Origin: Octopus sinensis
Taxonomy: Eukaryota
Direction of reading: 5' to 3'
Assembly: GCF_006345805.1 (NCBI RefSeq)
Contig: NC_042998.1
Span: 189,968,001 to 190,032,000, forward strand
DNA: 64,000 nucleotides
The stretch's first letter is position 1. Every line of letters starts with the position of its first letter. The notes beneath the pieces were generated by a model. That model did no database searches, had not been told where the DNA came from, and saw only the letters and a list, made by a program, of their open reading frames with translations. Made by a program: the position numbers and the translations under genes. Shown here piece after piece: positions 53,320-64,000 of this stretch.

Positions 53320-54905
53320 CTCGGAAATCGAGATGATCGACACTACCTCGAAGCAGTGATAGGAGCAAAGATTAACCAGGAGGAATCGGTGGGCTTGAAG
53401 CTCAGCATCAGAGAGACAGGTACTTGCTGACCGACAGCGCCATAGGGTGCAGGAACGAAGGGCTGGTTAAATTTCTCGGGGGTCTTATTTGGTCCGGTAC
53501 GCCAGGTAGACAAAAACTTTGAAGAGGTAACGAGCAGAGTGGTCAGGCTCACCCAGTAATGAGCAGGAAGGAAGCTGTTCCTGGGGGGTCTGGCAGAGGT
53601 GGTGAATGTGTGCATCTCTTCTGTCGTCTACTACTGTCTGATAGTCGTCCCTTGCCCTGTTTCATGGTTGATCAAGCTGGGGCGCATACTCTTCCGCTTT
53701 CTGTGGAAGGGACGTGTTTCGGTCTATGTGCTGTCAACAGCCGCAAAATGTAAGACTGAGCATATCGTGATATAATTATGTGCAGAAATGCTCTGAGACT
53801 GCGAAATCTCCAGCGTTTCCTTGATGCTGAGCAGTTGTGGTCGTTGTTTATCAGACAGAATTTTTCCGCAGCTTGTCTCATTAACGGAGCTACAGTCATG
53901 GCTTAAGCGTAGACCGAGGCAAGGCTCTTGTCACCTGGAGTGTCGGCAAGCCCTCACAGTTCTCTGCCAGTTGGGCTGTGTGGTCAGTGGAAGATTCACA
54001 TTGGAGTTCTATTGGGTGTTAGTGGCATGCAAGAGCAATGATGTCCCCAGGAATACTCTGGGTGTTCTGGAAGATCAATTAATTGGGGTTTTTTTTTCTG
54101 GAGGACTTTCAGACCGGGCTCTATGAATAAGTTCCAGAAATCTCTGGCTTCGTAGTGCTATCGCAGGATTCTGCCAATTCTAGATAAGCTCTACAAGCAC
54201 AGAAGTACAGTCAGACGGATCTGTACGAGACGTGCGCAGGGCGATGAAACATTTCTGTCCACACTCTCCCAGTGTCCGGGCATTGCTGATTTATGAAGCG
54301 TTGTCGAACGGCTGCAGTCGCGTGTAGGACATATCCGGTTATTGGATGACTCCATCGTGAAGATAGGCTCGCCACTTTCTTTTGGCAGTTTTCCTCTATC
54401 TGGTAGCTATAGCGAAAAAGCTAGTGTGGTGGATGAGCTTGAAAAGACTAAAGACAGATACTTTCCTCTTTGGTCAAGGCCACATCGATGTTTGCAAGTT
54501 TCAATTGAAAAGAAAAGTGAAGGTAGAGAGGAAACTGCTGCTCCTCAGGATTTTGGTTGAAAGGTGAGTGAATGTGGTGAGGATGGCCCGTGTGAATGGG
54601 CCTACTCTGAACATGCGCCTGTAAGCCGGGGAGAGTGGAGAGGAGAGGAGAGAGGTGCATGCAAGGAGTAGAAAGAGGTGGCAACTAAGTAACCCGCACA
54701 TCCTTGAAATAATTGTGTGGGGTTCCTTGATTGGCCCTGGGTAGTACTCTACCCTTTCGGGGAATTTTATTGTTAAAATTTTGTTATAGGTTTTATTGTA
54801 TACACGTGTTTTTGAGTTAAATCCTAATTGTCCTTTGTTATGTATCGTTTTTTTTTTGTTTTGTTTTGTTTTGTTTTATGCTCGGCCCTTGAAACCAATA
54901 AAGAA
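53320..54905 (+). mobile_element. 5'-truncated Tx1/L1-clade LINE relic (post-RT region, zinc-knuckle remnant, 3'UTR)
   Basis: EAVIGAKINQEESVGL; GRKLFLGGLAEVVNVCISSVVYY...PCP...ILFRFLWKG (53686-53712); decayed CxxC..ET..CP at about 54222-54278; AATAAA at 54897-54902 followed by (TTA)-rich tail; GC-rich relative to flanks. Confidence 0.78.
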
Positions 54906-54940
54906 CATTATCATTATTAATATTATTATTATCATTATCA

Positions 54941-55312
54941 AGGCAGCGAGCTGGCAAAATCGTTAGAAAGCCGGACAAAATGCTTAGCGACATTTTGTCC
55001 GTCTTCTCGTTCTGAGTTCAAATTCCGCTGAGGTTAACTTTCCCTTTCATCCTTTCAGGGTCGATGACATAAGTACCAGTTGAGCATTGGGGGTCAATGT
55101 AATCTACTAGCTTCCACTCCTAAAATGTCAGGCCTTGTTCTTATAGTAGAAAGGATTATTATTATCGTTATATTCCAAATTCCGCCGAGGTCGACTTTGC
55201 CTTTCATTCGTTTGGGGTCGATAAATTAAGTACCAGTGAAACACTGGGTTCCATCTAATCGACTAGTCCTTCCTCAAAAATTTCAGGCTAAGTGACTTCT
55301 GTAGAAAAGATT
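54941..55312 (+). mobile_element. SINE family B variant, full copy (54941-55163) plus truncated copy (55176-55312)
   Basis: Same head and core as 37836; alternative 3' end ...gtagaaagga(tta)n. Confidence 0.85.
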
Positions 55313-55523
55313 ATTATTATTATTATTATTTAGTCTGCCTTTACGTTCTGAGTTCAGCAATGTGGCTGCGGAAACAAATTTCAGACCTTGAGTTTGTGAA
55401 ACTTTAAGTAATGCATCACTAATCAAGCTTCTATTGAATACGTGTAAGATCCGCACTACATATCGAGTATTTTTATCCTTTCGCTCGTACGCCTATTTGC
55501 GTCTGTATACGCACGCACACACA

Positions 55524-55554
<31 letters not shown>

Positions 55555-55555
55555 C

Positions 55556-55591
<36 letters not shown>

Positions 55592-55599
55592 GTTAATCC

Positions 55600-55800
55600 A
55601 AACATGAAAGCACAAAGAGAAAACGCGAAGACGTGGAACACGTATAGTGTTATTGGACGCTCAGGAAAGGAAAGAAGGAAGGGAGGAGGATTTAGCCTTT
55701 CGAGTGGAGCTCTTCGTCAGAAACATATAAAAAGGAAAGATCCGAGGAAGGGAAGACGGATGAAAAACATCGCCAACGATACTCACGCGGTCACATATAG
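55600..55800 (-). mobile_element. Penelope-like terminal remnant with decayed minimal hammerhead at 55690-55724
   Basis: Reverse strand reads GUUU CUGACGA A GAG-CUCCA-CUC GAAA GGC U AAAU. CUGACGA is intact but the ACGU palindrome is broken. Same layout and similar flanks as 23860-24060. Confidence 0.55.
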
Positions 55801-55809
55801 AATAACCAT

Positions 55810-55852
<43 letters not shown>

Positions 55853-56309
55853 TGTACGTATACATGTTTAGAACTCGGGCTTACACTAAAACACCCGGCT
55901 GCCAGTATATAAGTAAATAAATAAATAAATAAATCATAATTTTTTTTGTTTGTTCCTTTATTTAAATGTTTTGTCGGAGACGACAGAATACGTGACAACA
56001 ATAAAATAAACAAATTTCTGTCCTGTGTAGGAGAATATTTTGTTTATAGGAAAGCAAAGTGACACATAAAGTGTGCAGACAAATAGAGACGACGAGGAAT
56101 GTTGCAGTATCACGTTTTGTCCAATGATTTATGGAACTATGAAACAAGCACCGGTGAGTTATTATCTTCCAGAATGCTCTTCGTCGCATCGATTCTTTCA
56201 GCAATATGTCAGCGGAAACTGACAAATGTTTTGCAGGAATTAACATTTCGCTTCAGGCAGACATCTCCTTCCTATATCTATTTATCTACACACATGCATA
56301 CATACATAC

Positions 56310-56340
<31 letters not shown>

Positions 56341-56384
56341 ATATATATATAATATATATATAATGTAGTATGTATGTATGTATG

Positions 56385-56416
<32 letters not shown>

Positions 56417-56627
56417 TGTATGTATGTATGTAGTATGTATGTATGTATGTATGTATGTATGTATGTAGGTGCATTTGCGTATATATGTATGTATGTATAT
56501 ATGTGTGTATATATGTATGTATGTATATATGTGTATTTGCGTATATATATGTATGTATGTATATATGTGTGTATTTGCGTATATATATATATGTATGTAT
56601 GTATATATGTGTGTATTTGCGTATATA

Positions 56628-56660
<33 letters not shown>

Positions 56661-56738
56661 GAGTGTGTGTGTATTTTTGCGTATATACATATGTGTGTGT
56701 GTATTTGCGTATATATATATATATGTGTGTGTATTTGC

Positions 56739-56771
<33 letters not shown>

Positions 56772-56825
56772 ACGCAAATACACACAGACGCGCGCAAATA
56801 CACGCTTGCACACACACACACACAT
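56310..56825. repeat. Compound (TA)n/(TATG)n array with minisatellite core gtgtatttgcgta
   Basis: Core recurs about 7 times in 56469-56740, with an inverted copy at 56771-56783. Confidence 0.9.
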
Positions 56826-57116
56826 GCAATCCGATCATCAGTTGATGTTCCAGGGAGGGTGGTATTGGTGTGTGTTAGTGTTGGTGCTGGTGTTGATACT
56901 GGTGTTGGTGGGGGATGCTGTGGCTACTGTTGCTGCTGCTGTTGCTGCTGCTGATACACCAAATGTTCAATCGTTCTCAGGTCATGAGGAACGCTCCGCA
57001 CTTAGGCAATTTTTCCAACCATTTAGATAACTTTCAGCCCGTCCGAACAAATCAGTCGCTAACTTGTATGCATATATATCTACGCGCCCATGTGCTGTGT
57101 ATATGTGTTTGTACAG

Positions 57117-57186
<70 letters not shown>

Positions 57187-57279
57187 GAGGGAGATAAATT
57201 GAATATTAATTTAATTAATATCATTTAAAACCAGTAGCCTAGCGTATATAAAAAATCTGAAAAATCAGAAAAAAATTCA

Positions 57280-57433
57280 ATACATGTGTATATTTAGAGC
57301 TAAACCACTATGTGGATAACCATACGCTAGAAGAAGATCACATAAGATCTAACTACGTCGCTAGATCATATATGATCTTCTTCTAGCGTACGGTTATCCA
57401 CATAGTGGTTTAGCCCTAAATATACACATGTAT
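57280..57433. repeat. Near-perfect palindrome, 72-bp arms, 10-nt loop
   Basis: 57280-57351 vs 57362-57433, with about 4 mismatches. Confidence 0.93.
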
Positions 57434-57477
57434 ATATATATATATGTGTGTGTTGTGTGTGTGTGTGTGTGTGCATA

Positions 57478-57600
57478 TAGGGATGGCTGTATGGCAAGAA
57501 GCTTGCTTACCAACCACTTGGCTCTCGGTTCAGTCCTACTCCGTGGCACCTTGGGTAAGTGTCTTCTACTATAGCTCCGAGCCGATCAACGATTTGGTAC
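57478..57600 (+). mobile_element. SINE family A 5' fragment
   Basis: ggctgtatggcaagaagcttgcttaccaaccac...ggttcagtcctact...gtcttctactatagc. Confidence 0.75.
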
Positions 57601-58612
57601 TCTGACAAAAGTATGTCTGCATATTCCATACGACATTGAGTTTACCACGAGAAAAACAATGATTAGTAATTCAAACAATAGTAACCTTGAGACTTGTTGA
57701 TATCACTGGAAACTAACGACGCTTTTATTCAAGTAGTATATCTGATGGTATAAGAGGATTGCATAGAATAAAATGTCTCTTTTGGCACATTTATTGGTTC
57801 CGGTTTCATGAGGTATATGAATCTTAGTGACTCGTCTTCCACCGTTACAGAGTTTTAGTACATCTGTCGTAGAAGCATATTTTACAGTTACAATCTGTGG
57901 TGAGGAACAGCATTGAGCTGAAAAATACTGGGAAAAAGTGTTGAATAGTTGGTAGCTTTCTAACAACAGTTACTGTGCGGTATGTCAGATACTGTCTAGG
58001 TTGATCTAGTATCTGTTGAATGATCGTGGCATAGATACCTACACAGTATCAGTTTGGAGACGGAAGATAGAACGTTAGCAGTCATTCTTCTTTTCCATAA
58101 TTCTGTGAGAGGCTAGCTTAAATTTCCAATAACATCGGTCTTTTCCATCAGCCGTTTCAATTTGCATCATCTTTCAAGAGACAGGTTTCGTGTGTTTACA
58201 GGTGTACTAAGTAATTGTTTTAGTGTCATGGAAAGAAGTCTGACCAAGAATTTTGTTCTTTTGGTTTAAAAATCTTATCTTTAAAGGATTAGTACGCGGC
58301 TTGAGAGTCCATCAAACATTTTTAAAAAATCTATTCTTTCGTTATTTAAAATTTAAATTTCTTTACTTCTAAAATATGTAGCTATTATGCCCTATGAATA
58401 GAAATATTTCTTTTTGTTTTTGTTTTTTATAAAAGTTGATGTGTATTTAAAACTTTTAAAAAATTACTGCTCGATTTCAGAGCATTAAACCTCACTATTT
58501 TACATATTTCATCAAATTAGAAAATAAAACGATGAAAGAAAAAAGGATGTTTTGTACGTTCCACTGTAAAATGAAAGCATGTACTAAACTTTCGAAGATG
58601 ACATTTAGACAT

Positions 58613-59019
58613 AGGCATAGGAGTGGCTGTGTGGTAAATAGCTTGCTTACGAACCACATGGTTCCGGGTTCAGTCCCACTGAATGGCACTTTGCGCAAGT
58701 GTCCTCTACTATAGCCTCGGGCCGACCAAAGCCTTGTGAGTAGATTTGGTAGACGGAAATTGAAAGCCCGTCGTATATATGTATATATATATATATATGT
58801 ATGTATTATGTATGTATATGTGTGTGTTTATGTGTCTGTGTTTGACAACCGGATGCTGTGTGTTTACGTCCCCGTAACTTGCGGTTCGGCAAAAGAGACC
58901 GATAGAATAAGTACTAGGCTTCCAAAGAATAAGTCCTGGAGTCGATTTGCTCGACTAAAGGCGGTGCGCCAACATGGCAGCTGTCAAATGACTGAAACAA
59001 ATAAAAGAGAAAGAGAAAG
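58613..59019 (+). mobile_element. tRNA-derived SINE family A, full length
   Basis: A-box-like tggctgtgtgg, B-box-like ggttcagtcc, central (TA/TG)n, 3' aaatgactgaaacaa with purine-rich tail. Homologous copies occur elsewhere in the window. Confidence 0.88.
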
Positions 59020-59338
59020 ACATACACTTAATTAGCATATATCTCTTACAAGTAGTTCAACACGACCTGCTAGAAATAGCAGCAAATTCATATCCTTTTA
59101 TTCTAAAATGTAACACATCGTTTAATGTAATCCTAAATCCCCATAAAAACATAATATAAACGTATGTCAGCTTCGTCAGCATCAACCTTTGTTTAAACAG
59201 CAATAACAATAATAGTGCTTTTGTCAACTACAGCAATAGTACTGCGACAAACAAGGGGAACTCTTTAACATTGCTTGACAGCAACCAGATATAAACCTAC
59301 TGTCTTAAAAGCGAAGAGAAACATACTAGATCTAGATA

Positions 59339-59754
59339 CCTATTTCTTTACTACCCACAAGGGGCTATACATAGAGGGGACAAACAAGGACAGGCAAACG
59401 GATTAAGTCGATTGCGTCGACCCCAGTGCGTAACTGGTACTTAATTCATCGACCCCGAAAGGATGAAAGGCAAAGTCGACCTCGGCGGAATTTGAACTCA
59501 CAACGTAACGGCAGACGAAATACATATTTCTTTACTACCTACAAGGGGCTAAACATAGAGGGAACAAACAAGGACAGACAACGGGATTAAGTTGATTACA
59601 TCGACCCCAGTGCGTAACTGGTACTTAATTTATCGACCCCGAAAGGATGAAAGGCAAAGTCGACCTTGGTGGAATTTGAACTCAGAACGTAACGGCAGAC
59701 GAAATACGGTTACGCATTTCGCCCGGCGTGCTAACGTTTCTGCCAGATCGCCGC
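59339..59754 (-). mobile_element. SINE family B head-to-tail dimer (full monomer 59524-59754 plus 5'-truncated monomer 59339-59523)
   Basis: Two copies of the family B body offset by about 185 bp. Confidence 0.9.
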
Positions 59755-60919
59755 ATTATCTAGATCTTTCTAGATCTAGATACCGGTAATAAAAAAAAAA
59801 GGGACGGAACAGTTACATATGAAACATCTTTGATCATTGATCTACTCAATGAGGACTACCTAAGAGTTAAACAACTACAACACAAAAACAAAATGCACAA
59901 TAATAACCACAACAACGATAGAAACAATAACAATTAACTCTACAGTTTGATGATTTATATATTTATAAATTGTCTGTCCGAAGTTTATTGACGAATTATT
60001 CTCTAAAGACCCATTGAAATTAGAGAAAGAATGTGCGATCACATTTTGTTTTGTTTATCTTTCCACCACGACCAGCACCACAATCAACATCAGCCCGACT
60101 TGTTAACATTGTCTCTCTAACCAATATCAATTATACTACTGACATTAATATCTGCATCGTTATAAAATACGACAAAAGACAGGAAATCGGAAGTTTACAC
60201 ACTGTCATGATTTGGAGTGGCTTGTAGAGAGAAGCATCCGATCTATATTAGATATATTTCCGGAATGAACGCCTAAACACCGTCGAAGGGAGATATGGCT
60301 TGATGATCTATTGAACAATGGCCTGTTCAATGTTGAAATATCGACAGTGGCGAACAATGGTGGAAGGAAACGTAAATATTGCAAGCGAAAAGAATAACAC
60401 ACAGAAACAGTGTTGAGTTAAAAACCTGTCGTCCATGTTTGTGCGCGTGTGAAGAGCGCGTGTTTGCTTGTGCATGAGAGCGGTGTCTGCGCGTGTGTGT
60501 CTATATGTTGAGATGCATATATATGTGCACTCTATACGTGTGCTTGAGTCTATGCGTGTTTGTGCTTGTTTGTGCGTGCGCCTGTATGATAAACCTGTAT
60601 ATGCGTGCTACCGTATGGCACATGTATTTTCTCTGTTTCAGACAAATTTGCTTCTACATCGTCTCATACGTTAACTATTTTTACGAGCCTCACATAGTCA
60701 CGAGCCCCTTTAATGAGAAATTATCAATAAAAGAAAAATACTGATAACGGATAAAAAAAGAAAACTTTTAGAACTTTTTACGTATAATGCCTCCAGACGA
60801 ACTGTACGGCATAAACGTTTGAAAATTATACATACATGCAAACACACGTACGCGCACCCCGTACACACACATGCATACACATACACATATTTGTATATAT
60901 GTCTACAAAGACTAAGAAA

Positions 60920-60972
<53 letters not shown>

Positions 60973-61063
60973 TAGATATATATACATATACATATGTACA
61001 TACATGTATATATTTGTAAATATGTGTGTGTTTGTGTATGCATATTTATATGTGTGTGTGTGT

Positions 61064-61109
<46 letters not shown>

Positions 61110-61165
61110 CATATGTACATACATGTATATATTTGTATATATGTGTGTGTTTGTGTATACATATT

Positions 61166-61207
<42 letters not shown>

Positions 61208-61252
61208 TAAATATATACACATAAATATATATACACATAAATATATATACAC

Positions 61253-61298
<46 letters not shown>

Positions 61299-62228
61299 GC
61301 GCTCACGCACACACACACACACACACAGAATATGAATGAGAGAGAGAGAGATGGATGAATACTATAAACAGATTCTCCAAATGAATTTTTAAATATGTCC
61401 TCACTCTGTCTTCAACTAAATGTTGGCATAGTTATAAAGATATTAGACACACTTAACTGTTTAATTAGAAGAGAGAAATTGATAAGATCTCTTCCCTATT
61501 TCTACCTTCATCGAAAATTAAGAACTTGTAGGAAGAAACGAGGGACGGAATTCATTTCATTCCTTAAATTTAATACACAGTGATATCAATCCTTTCTTTA
61601 TCTGAACAGACGGTCATTTTCTGTTATTCCGGCGTTTGTAATGATCATTAAGGAAATTCAATGACAATTATTTGCTCAAGTAGGACGTCACCTTTCTTCT
61701 ACTGTCTTTTCTCGTGGGCAACACTACATGTTGCTCAACAGAAGTAGAATTATAAATAATTTGAAATTGCATAAAGAAATTATAACCAAGAAAAATTTTT
61801 CAGATTTACTTTTAAAAGGTAAAGCTACCAACTGTTAAACTGATACGTAATGGTTATTTTACGTACCAGGACGTTCAGAGATCATTCATTCTAAAGTCTG
61901 GTAGAAGCACTTAAACTTTCCTTCGCTGATGAGTTTTAATGATACTGAAATATGTTCGGAGTTTTTACCATACTGTAAAAGTCAGGTTCATTCCACACAG
62001 CGTTCTGTTTTTAATTAATTTAAATTCCAGGAGTGTTTCTTTTAATTTTTTTTTACACAGAATAGATATTATGTTAATGATTTGTCACTATGAATTTTAA
62101 TAAATTAATTTTTCTTACCTCACTAAATTCAGTATATTAGTATCCAGTTTGCTATTGATTTTCTTATACTGACAGTTTTTAACTAGGCAGTATGATTGAT
62201 TTAGTGACTCCAGTATAAGATTAGTGTT

Positions 62229-62624
62229 TACTAGCAGTATCGCCCGGTGTTGCTCGGGTTTGTTTCGACCCTTTAGAATTGGAATTTTTTAAAGTAAAAA
62301 TTTTGCATTATGTAGCTTATTATTCTCTTTAAGTGAACATTTTTCTGGTTGAAATACACCCAAAAATGGCGACACAGCAATAAAAAAAAATCGTAAAAAT
62401 AGGGATTTTCATAGAAAAAAAAGCACCTTTTTGATGTAAATAATTTTTGGTCTTAACATGGTTCGATTTGAATTTTTTCTTCTACGGAAGGAAGAGCAAG
62501 CCTTCTTCTATTATACTTTCAATTTTGGTCAACTTGTGCCGCAGAGTCTCAGAGGCGACAGTGTTAGTTAAAGGCTACCAAACCTGCCATACACAGACAA
62601 CTTCAGCTTTATATAGAGAGAGAT
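62229..62624 (+). mobile_element. Non-autonomous Helitron/HINE-like element
   Basis: Starts tactagcagtatcgcccggtgttgctcggg; ends acacagac...cagctttatatagagagagat before a T-run. Confidence 0.65.
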
Positions 62625-63129
62625 TTTAACGTTGCGAGCGAAATGACAGCTAAAATCAACTCCTATGAGATTTTTACTCATAATCTACAAGAACGAAATT
62701 AAATACTGTAAACAATGCTTTATGACAGTCTATCATCTTACACCCTACTGTCTGTAAATATATAACGATAATTTTTATAACTTTATAGATGAGTTTGGTC
62801 TTTGGCAGTAAGGGAAGAACTCTCGAATTGCTTTGGTCTTATTGGGTCACGTCAGTGAATCATAATAAATGTTATTTAGACCCAGCTCAGCCCTGCGTGC
62901 AAGCAAAGGCTTACTAGCTCTAACAACCCAGTCTTTTAAGAATCAATCAATCTCCTTATCCAATATGATATGTCTACTCAGCAGAATGTTATGTGAATGT
63001 TGTTTGGCTGCCATTTCTAGTATGTTAAATGACTATGTAGACGCCCCTTTCTTAGCTTGTCAGAGTCAATGCAGGAAACATGCCTACTAATATGATATAA
63101 TATAAACATGGTCTATGGTATTCTATACT

Positions 63130-63150
63130 GTCTGTCTATCTATCTATCTA

Positions 63151-63211
<61 letters not shown>

Positions 63212-63216
63212 GTCTG

Positions 63217-63251
<35 letters not shown>

Positions 63252-63264
63252 GTCTATCTATCTG

Positions 63265-63299
<35 letters not shown>

Positions 63300-63485
63300 G
63301 TCTATCTATCTATCTATCATATATATACACAAATACATGCATATACATACATGCATACATGCACACACACAAAAAAACACGCACACACATACATGCATAC
63401 ATGCATACATGCATACATACATACATACTACATACATACATACATACATACATACATACATACATACATACATACATACATACGT
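63130..63485. repeat. (TCTA/TCTG)n followed by (CATA)n microsatellites
   Basis: Direct reading. Confidence 0.97.
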
Positions 63486-64000
63486 AGTCTGATATTACGT
63501 GATATACATGTAATCCAGCCAAATGTAGGATAGCCATTACACATTTCTTCTTTCCAGTAGGAATCAAAACAAAAATCATGCAATTCTCAAGTGGGTGGTC
63601 TTTTAGAAAAATCTATCTTACAGTGCAAAATGGGTGAGAAACAAAACAATATAATAGACAGCAAAGAGTAATGTTAATGGAAGTGAAAGTATGGATAGGA
63701 TAAGACACACAAATTGTAGAAGAAATAAAAATGACAGGATCGAAATAAGAGAATGATATACACAAAATACAGGGAGGAAATGGAATGTTGTTAAAGGAAA
63801 AATTAAACTGAACACCAGGAAAAAAAAATCAACTAAACTCTCATAAAACAGAATTTATAGTAATGTGTTTGAACTTGAGACTGTCAAATTGTATCGAACA
63901 ACCAACTCCGTCATTAACAAAAGCTCTCTACGGATATGCAATGAAAGATGGCGGTGTTTGTTAAGTATGACTAGAGTCCATTAGCTTGACTGACCGCAAT

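Noticed and set aside
56830-57030. Signal-peptide-like VLVLVL...AAA stretch
   Set aside because: Low-complexity GGT/GCT repeats fused to microsatellite ORFs; no convincing exon boundaries.

Overview
AT-rich, microsatellite-dense eukaryotic DNA, most likely octopus/coleoid cephalopod. That assignment comes from recalled SINE families, (TA)n/(CATA)n/(GATA)n density and TTAGGG tracts, not from a search. No host protein-coding exon could be supported, and almost all tracked ORFs are microsatellite artefacts. The window is a transposon landscape: many tRNA-derived SINEs, decayed CR1-like and Tx1-like LINE fragments, Penelope-like terminal remnants, a solo LTR, Helitron/HINE-like elements, MITEs, several fold-back palindromes, two local tandem duplications and a degenerate tRNA-Arg(ACG). 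The standout is 24093-25413, a near-identical 353-bp tandem repeat in a fold-back arrangement. Its three HHR-containing units each carry an intact type I hammerhead ribozyme (CUGAUGA/CUGACGA, stem II, GAAA, short self-complementary stem III, GUA cleavage site) at the tip of a long RNA rod. This is the architecture of a non-LTR retrozyme (self-cleaving, circRNA-forming retroelement). It sits about 100 bp from a Penelope-like terminal remnant carrying a decayed minimal hammerhead.
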